Source: Enoplolaimus lenunculus | Lineage: Eukaryota | Assembly (NCBI GenBank): GCA_030248215.1 | Contig: JASANG010002922.1 | Coordinates: forward strand, 62,001 to 126,000 | DNA: 64,000 bases | Direction of reading: 5' to 3' | Shown: positions 22,513-36,593 of the stretch, in pieces | How the letters are laid out: every line of letters starts with the position of its first letter | Position numbering within the stretch: the stretch's first letter is position 1 | Notes under the pieces: generated by a model | Databases searched by the model: none | Told to the model about the DNA's origin: nothing | Seen by the model: only the letters and a program-made list of their open reading frames with translations | Program-made: the position numbers and the translations under genes

Positions 22513-25500
22513 ATGACATCTTCAACTGCGTTTCTCGCATTAATTGTCATATTTTCGTGTAACTCTCACGTATTGCTGCTGCTATTATTTGCCGTTTGGA
22601 AAACGCTGGTGTCGCCGAAAAGTAAACTACAATCTAGCAAACATAAGCGATGCGTTCTGTTTGGCTTAGGCAGCTTAATGCTTATACAAGATCTCGATAT
22701 ACCACAAATCGACCTTAATGTATTCCCTAAAAATTTAGGGTACCACCAAAATTTCTCAGTGGACAGCGCCCAAACGGGTGACGTCGGTATGCCCCATATC
22801 ACTAGCTTGTGGGCTGGATTACTTGCGTCACGTATTATTCCTAGTCGCGTTTATTGTGGACAATTTGTTGCACAAGCAGCATCTGTGATAAGTCGAACAC
22901 ATACAGAAAGCAAATTCGACGATTCTGATATGACAAGGGTTTCAAAATCAGAAATGCAATATACCAAAGATTATCGCGTGCAACAAATTGCTACTGCAAC
23001 TGCTACTACTATTACTACTACTACTACTGCTACTACTACAACTACTACAACTACTCCTGCAATCTCGTCTTCAATACAACATCGTCTCTTGGCAGCACAA
23101 TTTAGTAGTCTTGAGTCTAGTCAACTGAACCTGCGTAGCTCAAAATTACTCAATCCGCGGTTGTTTGAGTTCAATTTAAACTCATCAGGATTTGAACGCA
23201 AACAATTCAAATCAAAGCTTCAACCGAAAAATTTCAATTTGTTCGATGGCAAAAAATTCAAATCAAAATTTGAATCGAAAAGTTGGCGCGTTCGAAGAAG
23301 CGTTCAGTCGGAAGCAAACGAGTTGGGATCGGAAAATTTCGGGTCAGCGAGCCAGAACAAACGGCACCATAGACGTCATCGTCGGAAATATGTTTTATGG
23401 TTAAACCAAGCACTAGTAAGTTGGACCATATTAACTATTGGGGCCTGTCTACTAAGTCCAAGCCAAAAATATTGGCCTAAACCTAACGCTTGGCCGAATA
23501 CTAAGCCTAATGCTAAGCCTAAGCCTAAACTTCAAAGTTTGTGTCCAACCGTTCCATGTTTTTCACATTGCAGGCCATATAATTAACATGACCCATGTAA
23601 AAATCATAGGCAGAACGTTTTTCGGTGGGACTAGAATAGAGTAAGCTTAGGAATAAACTCATTCTTGCGCTTAGGCTTAGGCTTAGGCTTTTTGTTCAGG
23701 AATATGCTTATAATACTGCTCTGCCTCCTGTTCTCCACATTGGCCATTAACATTATAGATAAGTTAAATTTTATAATAATCGAAAATTGACTCGGTGTAA
23801 CCGAATATCTGTTTTCGTTTTCGGTAAAAATCAGTGTTCGTTTTCGCTTCCGTAATAAAAATGCCAGAAATTGTATTTATATTTGCTCATGGTTAAGTAG
23901 TCGTAAGTGACACGTCATTCAAGGAATGCAGTTGCTATGCAGTATATATTTTTAGAAAGTCCAGCGAACATTGGTAGCATACGTCGTCATCGTGTGAAAC
24001 TAAAACATTTTGAGAAAAATTTATACTTCAATATCCGTTTTCTGTTACCGTTATTTTTACCGTTCCACTACACTATTTTATTAAGTGATATCGAGTCAAG
24101 CCAACAGCCAGAGCGGTCAATGTAGGCGTTCACACTAACACCGTGTGAAAAAAGATTGGCCGTGTGTTTTTAAATTTATAACTTTCAACTGCGTTTCAAA
24201 TAAGACAGTCATTTCAATACGTCATCCAAAGTGTATATACACGTTCTCAGCACGTTTTGAACCTGTAATCAAAAAAATTTGGCAAACGCGTCGTTGAATT
24301 GTAAAATTCCATAGAGTAAAAAGTATGTGTGAACTTTGAATTTCAATATTTTAGAATTACCTAACACAATTTGGATATCTTGACGAAACTGGGCGGAAAA
24401 CTCAAAGGTCGCTGACACGCGCGCTCCGGTAACTCATGACTTAGGATGGCGGGATTGTTGTAGGACAGCGGCGTCCGCCGCCAGTTCAGGGCACCGTTCA
24501 TCACCGTCCGTTAATATCATGCGGTATCGTACGTGAGTAATTCTCGTACTTACGACACCACGCGGTTTACGGATGGCCATGGACGGCGGGAGACGCCATA
24601 AAAATAATGCGCTTCCCCTGCAGTTTTTGAAGTTCTCTGTAAAGTGCAATGAGTTCATTAATCAATTCAGCTAGCGGGTTGGTTATTTCTGAATTAATAT
24701 CAGTGAACATTGACTCATTCTGAGTTGAGTTGATTCTTACTTTGAGTTTTGTAGAATGTGCGTGAGTTGATTAATTTACTTAAAATGAATTGAATCAACA
24801 CAAAATTCTAAATTTCTGATCGTCCGAACTCAAACTGAATGATTCAACTCATTCTGAATTAAAATCAACTCATGAAATTACAGTGTTCGTTTTGCTCACT
24901 ACAAAGTGCTCGTGCAACTTCGAAGACCGCAACACTGTGCTATAACGATTTTAGTCGTTTTTATCGAAAATTTTACAAATTCAAAAAATATAATTTCAGC
25001 ACAACCTATTTCGTATAACAAACATGGCCAAATATTGTGTTTGAGCAATTGTCATACACTGAAACGTTCATTCCCATTCGGCTAACAATCCCGTAGAATT
25101 TGGTTGGCGATTGAAATTTGTGTGCTGTGGCTAACCCGTGTTAAACGGCCAAAAGCCTAAACCTAAAGCCTAAGCGTAAGCCTAAACATTAATCTTCCAA
25201 TCTCTCATGTCTCATAGTCTTCGTGTCTCCCTGTAAACCAGACCCTATCGTGAACTGGGGCCGATGGGGTGGTTGAACTTTTGAAAATAAACTGACTTAA
25301 GGTCAAATTTAAAATTTCAGCAAATTTCAACACTTTATCGGTATTCGTGATACTGGTGTGCTAGACAGAACAACTTTTCGAAGTATGCGAAAACCACGAT
25401 GCGGAAATGCAGACTTAAAGGCGTCGCTCGGTGATGAAAATCAAATCGGCGATTGGGATCGAACAGATCGCGATCCAGCAGTACGGAGTCGGCGGTCAAC

Positions 25501-28500
25501 GAACGTTCGAGGGAACAGTCCAATTCGTATTAAACGATTTGGTAAGCTTTTTCTCGTAAAACGGGTTATATAAAAACACACACATACATACATACACCAG
25601 GGTGCCACCGGATATCCGGATCCGTGGTAAGTAATGAGTGTTAGCCGCTTGGCCCTCCGGTAATATTTTCTTCCCTAACCCCAGCATGCAGGGATGCCTG
25701 CGAATTGAGTAGTAAACATCTAAAGCAACGACCCATATTTTGAAATGCGTCTAGCATCTATTATCAGTTAGCGATAAGTTTTCAAACCAAACGAACACCT
25801 CCAATTGTACATCTCAAAATTGGTACAGAAGTAGGGCAAATCAAACACGAACAAGGCTTAGATTGGTCCTGGCCTACGCCTGAGTTTAACCTTACGAACA
25901 CAACAGTAACGGGTAGAAATTTTTGCTTTCTATCAAATGCGCACTTAGCGTTCGGAGAAGAAGGGAAATCAAAGTTCGATTTGTCAAAGGCGTTTTGGAT
26001 TAAAATATTTCAGCGCAAATCAGCCGGTGGGATCTGACGAATCCAGAGCAAGATATTTTGAAGCTGAAATGGTACATTTCTAAGTATACAGATGACATTC
26101 CGAAAGAGAAGATTCGGTAAGTCAGGTAAAACTTTACTCTACGACTTAAGGTAACCAGTTGATCGCGGTGTAAACGGATTTCCGGTTCTGATATTTCGCA
26201 ATTCTGTTTATATACACCCTACTAATGATGATTATTTCAAGATGTAAACCGCTATTGACAGCTGTAGGATAAATATATTCTTAAGCCTAAGCATAAGCGA
26301 AAATTGTCTAAGCTTTTACTTTATGGAAGTGCCGTAGAAAACCGGTACGCCCGCAAAGTAACACGGGCCAAGATTCGATGTTGTTGCATCATGGCCACGC
26401 CTGTGGTCAAGCACGGAAGAGCTGGGGTACCCCGGATACCAATCACCCAATTTAAGAATATCAGCGCTGAATGGAAGTTTATATTTCAATTTTGGGCTCT
26501 TGCAGATTCGGCTATGGTTGTTATATTAATTTGCACCTTTATATATCTTAGGTCAATCGTACAACAGGCGTTCGCATTATGGAGCAGTCAAGTTTCACTG
26601 CCGTCCGTCCGTACGATACAGCTACAATTCGAAGAAGCGGCCACAGAATCGGAAGCGGATATAAGCTTAGTTTGGGTGGTCGGTAATCATGGCGATCGAT
26701 TTCCGTTCGATAGTAAGAAAATATCGTTTATCATTTGCCGACACCAAACTTTTCAGCGGAGATCCAGATGGATTCATTGGGATGTCCTTAAGCCACCCTC
26801 CTTTGTATTAAACCAAAAGAAATAGTCAAATTAAAATGCCTCATAGTTGGAAGGCATCATCAGTCGATTCCATGACAGGAGAAAGTTGTGAGCCCCTGAA
26901 TTTTTTGGATTCGCTCCTGCTATTGAACTCTTCTACTCTTGTCTTGTTTCGTTCACGAATCGTAAGCTTCAAAAACGAAATATTGTTGCAATACGGATGA
27001 TGCAACGATTTCAATTGTTACTTGATTTGAAATTCAGTTGAACCAATAAGCTTTAGGATATGGCCATGGCTGCGGAACTTTTTAAGTTTGGTTTACTTCC
27101 GGCGGTGGATTTTTTCTCTGCTTTCAGCGATTCCATGTGGACATTCCAGTCCGGTTCCGGTGTCTTTTTATCTCGAGTTACACTCGCACCCTCAAACACC
27201 GACAGCTCGTAAGCATTTTACACGTTCTCACGTTAAGGATCATGCTGTAAAGCAACTCAGTGCCAGCCATGTGCTCCAAACATGTACCTATAATATGCAA
27301 CGCACAATTTTCAACAATGTATATACAGTACAAAATCTACACAAGACTTGAGAGAACCCTCGGTCTCGAGCGTTACGCTCCTAATAGTTTACAAAGGTAA
27401 ACGCCGCCCATCATATAGTCCAGGAAGGATACTACTGACAGTTAGAGATTAGATCCCAGATAAAATAGAAAATATTCATGCGGGAAAGGATTAACTGTTT
27501 CAGGCTCGAGCAGCAATATTTTGGCTCATACATTTTATCCCAAATATCATGCGTCTGGAAGTTTAAACGGCGACACGCATTTTGATGACAGCAAACAGTG
27601 GGTCGCTACTGTTGAAGAAAGCGTTGGCAGAGGCAGAGTGAGTGTATTGCTAACCGTAATCAATAATTGGTCATCGTATACGCGTGTAGTCGCATCGCAA
27701 AATGACAGTAAATCATCTCCGTGGCTAGTCTGTCCCACCCACTCCGCCCCCCCCCCCGTTCAAAGCAGAAATATAGGCTCCATGAACAGTTTAAATTTTC
27801 TTACTTTCGTGCTACTCGGAAAACTATACTTTTTCGTTCGCATTTCAATTTCATAATGCGTGTTTGCTACTACTGGCACGACTTCTCAGGTGGTTGTTTA
27901 TCAAAAATTATTATTGCACAAAGGCTATCGAACAAATATGCCGATACTCACAAAAAGTGCCGGATTATTACCGATGCCGATTAATCAGCGCTACCATAAT
28001 TAATCGTCTACTATAGCGCCCGCCAGCCTATACCGGCAGGAACCGGAAATATACACACAAAAGACTATTTCTGAATTTATTTTTCTGATATTTAAGATAA
28101 TTTTTCTAAAAATAAGTGGAAAACGTTTATTTTCAGACTTTATTTCAAAACATTTTTTGAAAACTTTCCTGTTTTATAACAGAAATACTTTTCAAGTGCA
28201 CCTTGCTAATTATATTTGATAAATGTAAGAAATTTTTTCGTAAATATCAGAAATATTATTTTGAGTGTATAGTATTTGATACAGACAACGCGTGAAATGA
28301 AGCTATGACCGCTACCTAAATGAAGTTATACTTCAATCAAATTCGGTTTTAATATGACAAAATGTGTTTTTTGGTTACAGAACACAGTGTATTTTCCGTA
28401 CGTCTTGGTGCACGAAATCGGACACAGCTTAGGCATCGTTCATTCTAACCGGCCGGAAGCAGTGATGTATCCGCTGTACAAAAACACATCGATTGATATG

Positions 28501-31500
28501 ATACAACTTGACGTTGATGACCGTTGTGCAGTGAATTGGAATTATGGTGAGTTCCGGTTCCGGTTTTTTTTTCAAAAATTAACAAAAGCTTTCGAGTATT
28601 GAATTAACCCCTTCTTACATTGAGTTGCCAATAGGCAACTCACCGCAGAAATAAATAAAAAAAAAAAAATACCCCGAAAAAACCAACCAAAAACAAAAAC
28701 ACACCCCGAGAGACCACCGGCCCAGGGGGGCCCCCCCCCCCCCGGAAAAAGAAAAAGGAAAAAAAAAAAAAAAAAAGGAAAATGTGGTAAAATCGGTATC
28801 TAAGTTATACGGATACGTTCATAATCACCATTATATTTAAAGACTTCGGTCCATGTATAGAACAGGCCCGGAACAGTAGTATACGCAAATTCCTAAGCCT
28901 AAGCGTAATCCTAAGCCTAAGCCTAAGCGTATGGATGAGCCTATTCCTAAGCCTAGGCCTAAGTCTAAGCATAAAAATTAGTCTAAAACTTAAACTCACT
29001 CTATTATAACCCCTCCGGAAAACGATCCGGGCCTGTTCTATACATGACCAACTTTTCTAACTATCAGTTGACAGTTGGGTTAAACCAAGAGTGGATCATA
29101 CAAGAGAGTGCAACTCTTGGGGTTCCGCATAATACCAAATCTAACACCGGGCGTTGGGTTTTTGGTCGACCTCCCTTATTTAAAGTTGGGGTCGCTCTCA
29201 CATGCAATACCCCTAAATTAAGCTACAAGCGGTGCATTTTTGGTGCCGGATAAACATAAAGTGCCATGGTTCGCACATGTTGTACCTCCCTTTAAACCAA
29301 GTGCGGGTAGGCCAAAAACGCAACTCGTGCCGGGTACATTCTTTCCTACACAAAATGTACTCAGTTGCATACCCTTGTTGAAGTATGATGCATTATCCTA
29401 CTCTCTTAGGTAAATCAACCACTGGGTTTTTGACATATATATCCCACGTTTCCACAAGCTTTCAGCCTAAGTTTTGATCTAAAGCTAAAATGTAAATCTA
29501 AGCCTAATCGTTATTTTCATTCATGTGAAAATTTAGAAAATTGTCCAATAATGCGTAGGTATATATAAAGGGTCGTTTAAGGTCACTTTAGCATAACATA
29601 TTTAAGCAAAAGCAATAGAATTTGCTCTTATAAACACAATTTTAGAAGCTGTGTGTCAGAAGAAGACTAAACGCTATTTAGAACGGCGCGGCCTGGCTTT
29701 GTTTATCGTAAACTGTCTGACAGCGCTTGTTATATAAATTTTTGAGCCAAATCTTGATTTATTTCAAATTTAAGGTATTATGTTTTATTTTTAGTTGGTC
29801 CGTCGAATATATGCTTATTCGTTTGGTTACTGGCGGAATTGCTACCGAAACAAGCTAACTTTACTAACGTCAATCACGGATTTGGCCCAAGTAAGCATGG
29901 ACGAAAGGAATCCAATATTTGGTATTCAACCAAGAGTCAAATGTTTAGGCGGAGTTATAGTCTAAACACCTTGTGCGCAAAGCTAACACGAGCCTATAGA
30001 GCAAATCTTGAGGTAAATGTTTGAAATGACAATACGAAACTTTAGTTTTGGTGAAATTTTACGCGAGTCAGTGACACGCGTTTTTGTTCCAATGGGTGAC
30101 GACTGATACCCCAGACACCTCTAATTTCGGTACCTATGCCAGGGTTATGAAAAATGGGTTATGTTGTTTATTTATTGATAATTTCGAAGAAAGACTTTGT
30201 CCTACACTGCAAAAAACGGTGAGTCAAATTAACTCTTTCCGACATAGGCTTTTCCTGACTACACAAACTGAGTCAAAATTCGACTCCGCCAGAGTCTCAC
30301 ATTGAGTCGAATTTGACTCAGGCGGAGTCGAACGTCAAATTGAGTCGAATTTGACTCAGGCGGAGTCGAATGAATTTTGACTCAGTTTGTGTAATCAGGA
30401 AAAGCCTATTTCGGAGAGAGTCAATTTGACTCACCGTTTTTTGCAGTGTACATTTAAAAGGATGCTAAAAACGATTGAACAAAAACTACAAAATAAAAAA
30501 GTTTCCAGCAACAAACACCACCTTAGTTATACAAACCATTAGCAAATAAGCATTTCTAAACTTCTGTAATCATTATTTGAAACCCTTGTTGGATTCAGTT
30601 AAACTTTGTAATTATTTTGAATGCAATTCAGTTGAGTTCAATTCACATTCAAAACGGAAAGTGTCACGTTTATATGTTGTTTTAGTTGCTGTACGTCGTC
30701 AAAATGTGAGTTATAAGCTCTATTCACACGTACATGTTTTTACAGCACGAACTTCGCGAAGACATAAGTTCAAAATTTATTTTGCAATTTCACAATTTTT
30801 TTAGTAATTTCGTTTAAATTTTCAGTTGTTTCTGGCAGTGACAGTGGGGCATCATCATTTATGAGGGGTCTATCGTCTCAAGATCGAATGAATATATCGT
30901 TGGCTCACTTGCAAGGTAACCTTTCTTCACTAGTCGTCCTAGCTGTATATGAGTCAGACCCGTATGCAGAGGTGGACCAGCGGGCTCAGCCATCTTAGAA
31001 ACATTAGTCACTGTTAATACTTTAAGGGTAGTAACAATAGTATAAGCATATTACTAAGTCTTAGCCACAGCGACAGCGTAAGGATAAGCCTATAACTAAG
31101 CCTAAGCGTAAAATTGGTTTAAAACTTAAACATTATTATCGTACAAAACAAAATGGTTCGACCCTTAACGTAACATATGGTGAAAAATTTGCATCCCCTA
31201 AAAATGTTATCAGGTTATCCAGTTGTCCTCTTAAAATTTTGTTCGGTCCCTACTAGCAGGTTAGGCTGGCCACGGGTCTGCTCAGATAGCAAACATCATT
31301 TTTTTGTCAAAAATGTATTTAACTGTACCCATAATGACTTGGTTTGGTAACTGATAAATTTTCAATTGACCGTTTCCTTCATGAATATCTTCAATTTCAT
31401 CTCGCTTGAAACTAGGAATCGAACATTGGATACTCAAATGAAAGGTATGTACCATCACAGCTCGAGTATTATAGACGGTGACGTTCAAACCCGAAAATAA

Positions 31501-33059
31501 CTTGCATCTGTAGTGTTTTTCATTTATATTGGGAGTACACGTATAAGGTTAGTAACCCCAGACTAAAGTCTGCGCCACCCATCTTCGGAGGGTACCCTTT
31601 ACGATTGATCGAAGCCGGGTACACAGCTAGTTAATGCCACCGCGTTCACCCGTGTTTATGAATATTACTCTCATGTCAGGCTCGTAGTTCGCTCGTACTT
31701 CTAGCCTAGCAGGTACCACTTGGCCAACTGTCCCTGGACGGCCACAAGGCCAGCCATTATTTTAGGAGCGCTAAATTTTATCATAGAAAATGTTCGGCGT
31801 TGGGAGACTGGTATCTTCGCGCTTTCTCGCCCCAGGACGGACGAAACCTCTGGCTACCGGGTATGTTGGTGGTCGAACAATGGAAAACGGGACCCACACA
31901 GTCCGTTTCGGAACTTCAGGAAATTTCAGATATTTCGATGGTTCATACAGTATAACAACAGAATCTAACCTATGTTGACTCAGGCTGGAAGGGAACCTTG
32001 TGATGTTAGATTTAACAGAAACGCCCCCTCCCATCGGCGGGGGTCGTCATGTCACTACTCGGGTAACAACGATACAGATCTTGACTCCACCAAAATTCAT
32101 GACTACGGAAAACTACACCCAGAAATCATATCGGATCGCCCGGCTAAGCGTCCTACAACGGTCCCAACAAATTCATAAGCTGACCGTTTAAGACCCGATT
32201 CGTTAGCATTTAGCGTCTCTCAGGTTTGACCAGCAACATTTTGAACTTAGCGGATTCACGGATCCAGTGGTATCCCTACAACACAGTTTACACATGGTTG
32301 CTCTTAGTGTATTTTCTGCTTTAAAAGATCTGTAGTTTTACAGTGTGATAAAAAATGACACGAATTTTCAGAACAAGGCGTTCCGACATGCGACGAAAAT
32401 CTCACAATTCGATCACAATTTCAAAAAATGTTCGAACAACAGTTGAGATTTTCGAAACAAAAGGCCCAAGAATACGGTAAGTGTTTTTTGCGTAAAATAA
32501 AATTCTAATGGACACCTATTATGTTTATATATGTTTATATTTGTATATATATACAGATATATATTTATACACATATATATTTATATATACATATATATTT
32601 ATATATGTATTATATATATACAATCCGTTGGCTTTGATGTTTATTCAGTGGTCAAAGACTGGATCGTTTTCCTTGGAGCCGCCAATGTTTGTTTCCGTTC
32701 TTCCTTTCAAATTAATTAATTTCTAATTTCTATACTGATTTAAGCAAAAAAAACGTTTCAGGGCCCGTCATTTGCAATTTTCTAAACGGACTCCAACGTC
32801 ACGTCAACAACACTTCAATTGCAGAAATTGCACAATTGCGAACTGCATCTCAAAATATTGCCGCATTAACGCGACAACAACGACACCGTCGACATACCAA
32901 TAAGAATCGCTCACAATTGCCATATTCACATCTTGGACAAATCAAAAAGTTTACAGATACTCAAACAGTTGCTAGCATCAGTCGTCAACGACTCGATGAA
33001 GCAAGTAGATTTGGCCGAATTAAATTACGTGAAATTTCTGCTGTTCCATCTATAAAAAC

Positions 33060-33093
<34 letters not shown>

Positions 33094-33129
33094 TCAACAA
33101 CAACGACAAAAACAACAAAAACAACAACG

Positions 33130-33171
<42 letters not shown>

Positions 33172-33621
33172 TCAGCCAACCCAGATAGTTTAGCAGATTC
33201 AACTAAACCAAAGACTAGAAACACACCGGTTAACACCAAAGATTTCAAGCAGACGGGTTCTGGTACACCTAACGCAATTACAGAACCTCCGTTAGCACCG
33301 TTAAACGAGCCAAACTCCATTAGCCCTATCACCGACCCACTGCCAGTTGAAAATGCTCAAACAGGTGACATACGTGACTCCAAGAAAAAGCCCGAACCAA
33401 AGACAGCAACGCCATGGGATGTATCGTATTTTGATGATGAATTTTTCCGCAATTTATTTCAATTGCTAATTAATGGTCCTTCAGTCGAACTGCAACCATT
33501 ATCACAACCAGAATTAGCAGCAAACGCCAAAGATAAAATTAATACACGTGTCATTCCCGCAGAATCAAACCAAAGATCGTATAACAGGGATAATGATTTA
33601 GTATTTGCGGCTGCATATTAA
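22513..33621 (+). CDS. Matrix metalloproteinase (M10A matrixin), ~970 aa, no hemopexin domain. Exons 22513-23415, 24355-24428, 25321-25541, 26014-26116, 26552-26712, 27504-27637, 28381-28546, 29795-29890, 30826-30915, 32372-32476, 32762-33621
   Basis: All introns GT-AG with matching phases (2913 nt). Prodomain NYLTQFGYL; cysteine switch PRCGNAD (25394-25414); furin-type RIKR; catalytic HGDRFPFD, LAHTFYP and GDTHFDD; zinc motif HEIGHSLGIVH (28411-28443); Met-turn AVMYP. The first exon and the post-catalytic exons are less certain than the core. Confidence 0.9.
23590..23745 (-). mobile_element. Telomeric-repeat MITE (family A) with perfect TSD
   Basis: GACCCATGTAAAAATC...(TTAGGC)x3...CACATTGGCC; 8-bp TSD ATTAACAT at 23582-23589 and 23746-23753. 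Confidence 0.9.
28848..29049 (+). mobile_element. Telomeric-repeat MITE (family A)
   Basis: GGTCCATGTATAGAACAGGCCCGGA ... (GCCTAA)n ... TCCGGGCCTGTTCTATACATGACC. Confidence 0.85.
30205..30448. mobile_element. Palindromic TA-target MITE (family D)
   Basis: TA|CACTGCAAAAAACGGTGAGTCAAATT...AATTTGACTCACCGTTTTTTGCAGTG|TA, ~85-bp arms; copies at 62752-62954 and 63085-63293. Confidence 0.9.
31600..32050 (-). mobile_element. Decayed non-LTR retrotransposon 3' fragment (possibly RTE clade)
   Basis: Minus-strand translation ARKREDTSLPTPNIFYDK*..GWPCGRP resembles the recalled RTE C-terminal pattern R.ED.RLPK.IFY...G.RP.GRP; interrupted by stops. Confidence 0.4.
33055..33171 (+). repeat. (ACA)n microsatellite encoding poly-Thr in the last MMP exon
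   Basis: Direct reading; a second coding (ACT)n poly-Thr tract lies at ~22991-23055. Confidence 0.9.
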
Positions 33622-35954
33622 ACGTACTGACGGGCACTTCCAGGTAAGGATGCTGCCTACACAGCCAAGTCCCTCCACGTTTGTCAACTCTCGGATTGAT
33701 GGACCCCATAAGGCATCATATAACCTGTATTTAATGTATACTGTATTTATTTCAATCAGCTGAATTCGTGTGATATACCGCGAATACATCACTTCTGGGA
33801 CTTATCAGCCAAAAATGCTGTTAATGATATACCAGGGTGCAAACAAACGAATAGTAAAAGTAAAACGGAAAAAGATAGTGATCAAAACAACGGAAACGGA
33901 CGACAAATGTTGGAGTGTAAGAGTTCAAAAGAGTTTTTATTTTTCTGCCAATACAATTGAGAAATGAAAATATTCACCATCATTGCACAAAAATGGAATA
34001 CTAAGAGGCCGGCACTTTTTGTACTGAAAAACTTTCCACAAACTTGTTTTCATGTGAATAATTTCTGTTTCATGTAAAGATTTAATTTCATCTGAGATGA
34101 ACTTCAGACTTTTACATGAGTGTGGGGTTTACCATTAACCACTGGGATAGGAGCTTGAAACTCGAGCCGAGGTGACTCTGACATCATGCAGACCTTTTGA
34201 GCTGTGCATATGTAAGCATCAAACACTGCATTATTGTCTATTCTTTCGCGTATATATACAACAGTGTTACGCCAGACAGCCACTGTCTTCACCAAAATTG
34301 CCGGAACCTCCGGCAAATTCATTTTTGTTGCAGCCGGAGACTTCTGCTCTGCGCGGGAGATGTCACCATTAAAACGGATAAAATACCTAAAGATCCGATA
34401 CCCTTAATTGCTACTACTCACGGCGCACCCGGAGGTAAAAAATATCGGAAGCGAAGGGCAAGGCAAAATTGGTGGTTAAAAGGTGTTTAATTCGTTAATT
34501 TTAGCAAATATCATGTATGTGTTGTTAAATCGTTTGTTTTTACGCTTATTTGTTTTTACAAAATCTTGGCAATTCTTGTTTAAAAATTTGGCAAAAACTT
34601 AAAACCAAATACGCCAAACAGATAAATGTTGTAAATCTTTGCAAAATTATACTACCGAAATTATCGGAACTCCGGCAAAAATTCTACCGGAGCCGGAGGC
34701 AGATCAATGGTTGTACTCTGCTACTAATTTCGCTCGTCTCAAATATCACGTTGTGATAGTAAACTATTAAAGTCAGGTTGTAACCGAATACCCATTTTAT
34801 GTGCGGTAAAATCGGTATCCGTTTCAGTTCTAAAAATGCCTGCTATTCTGTTATTTTTACGCTTAAAATTAGTTATAAATCACGTATATATAGCGCAATT
34901 TTTCATTATAGATATGATGCTATTGTTCGATGTGAAGTAAAAAAATTGAATTCATCACAAATGTAGCCAATGCAAAGATCAGAGGCGGAATGTTGTTCTG
35001 CGACACTGTAATACAATAAGCTTCCGGTGGTGAAAAATACCGGAGCCGGAGGTCAAGGAAACTTGCCGGAGCTGGGTGAGGCGAAATTAGGTTGTAAAAA
35101 TGATGGTTAATTTTAGCCAATATCTGCAATATATATGTTGTTAAATTATTTGATTTTTACGCTAATTTTCTGCGAAACTTCGGAAATCCTTTCTCGAAAA
35201 TTTTGAGAAAAGTAAAACAAAACGCGCTAAACAGAAAAATTTTTCAAAATTATGCAAAAGTTTACTACCGAAATTGCCGAACTTCCGGCAAAGTCTCCCG
35301 GAACTGGAGACCGATTTTCTGCCGGATCCGCAGCTGGAGGCAGACGTCCGGGTGTTCCCTGATAGGTACGCCTCAATTGTGTTGCTAAAAATAAAACTTT
35401 TTTGAAAATTTCATACTTCAATATCCGTTTTCATAATATTTTGATCACTATCCGTTTCGGTTGTTTTTACTATCCCTTTACACCTTGCTTAATGTGATCT
35501 TATTATTTTTCATTTGTTTTCATGTTACACTATGCAGGGTATTTATTGATATTAAGACTCATATTAATTTAATATCATACTTTACGACTAGGGCTTGGTG
35601 AATAAAAATATTTGGATACACTACGTTGTTGGGTAAACGTCCATTTTAGGACAAGCGAAATTTATATCAAATTTTGGCAATTTTTGGGACCAAGAAGTCT
35701 CAAGCAAACAAAATCATGTAACGATCGCTGAAAAACACTGAGTTGTCGGCAAAAAAATAACACAAAACAATAAGTTTCAACTAAAGGAACAGAAATATTT
35801 TTATGCAGTACTATCCAAATGATGCACGGCGAAAAAGCACTGGTCTTTATAGCGAAACGTAAGTTGGAATCCCACGAAAATTTTTCTACTGTTACTTGAA
35901 TCACGCAACAAAATAATTGTATTTTAATAAGCGATATGGCCCACGTTACTTTTG

Positions 35955-36593
35955 CACACAGAATAAATTGACTTGTATTCAAGAAATATTGTCTGAAATT
36001 TAACACAATTGATTTGATGCAGACTCCAGACATATCTTATTTATTTCACAAATATTGGTCTAAAATTTTTCACACTTAATGTTTTAAATTTAACTTTGTT
36101 GTATGAACGATTAAGAAAAATATTTCCGAAACATACGACAAATATTTCTGATATATAACACAATTTTGTCTGAAACAGAACACGGGGATTCAAGGAAACC
36201 GACGTCAAAATTGGGGGCTAAGGCTCAACCCAATACCCTAATTTTACAACCTAAGGTACGTCCAAAACGTAAACTTATTTTGGGGGAGCCGAGCTGAACA
36301 CGAAATTTCTTTGAAATTCGATCATATATATACGTTTAAGAATGTAAACGGAGCAACTTTTTACACATATAAAATTAAGAAAATTATTTCTTGAATAAAC
36401 GAAAACTAGTTCTTGAAAGGAAGAAATTTATGTCTTATCAATTGGCAATAGCAATTTCTTGAATATAAGATATTTGTGTTTTAACCATTTATGAAACGAA
36501 TTTCTGAGCTGTGTACTGAAATGCAAGACATTTATGTCTTGAAAATTTCAGAAAGTAGGAGTCTTGAAGTTTGAAGACTCTTTATTTTGTGTG
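35955..36593 (-). mobile_element. Family F element, inverted copy
   Basis: Reverse-complement similarity to 21432-22096; ends TTATTTTGTGTG|TA. Confidence 0.8.

Noticed and set aside
28650..28782. A/C homopolymer-rich stretch as a retroposon poly(A) tail
   Set aside because: It truncates a piggyBac-like MITE abruptly and looks like low-quality or gap-filled sequence.
32985..33332. Poly-Val ORF on the minus strand
   Set aside because: It is the antisense reading of the (ACA)n poly-Thr tract in the MMP exon.
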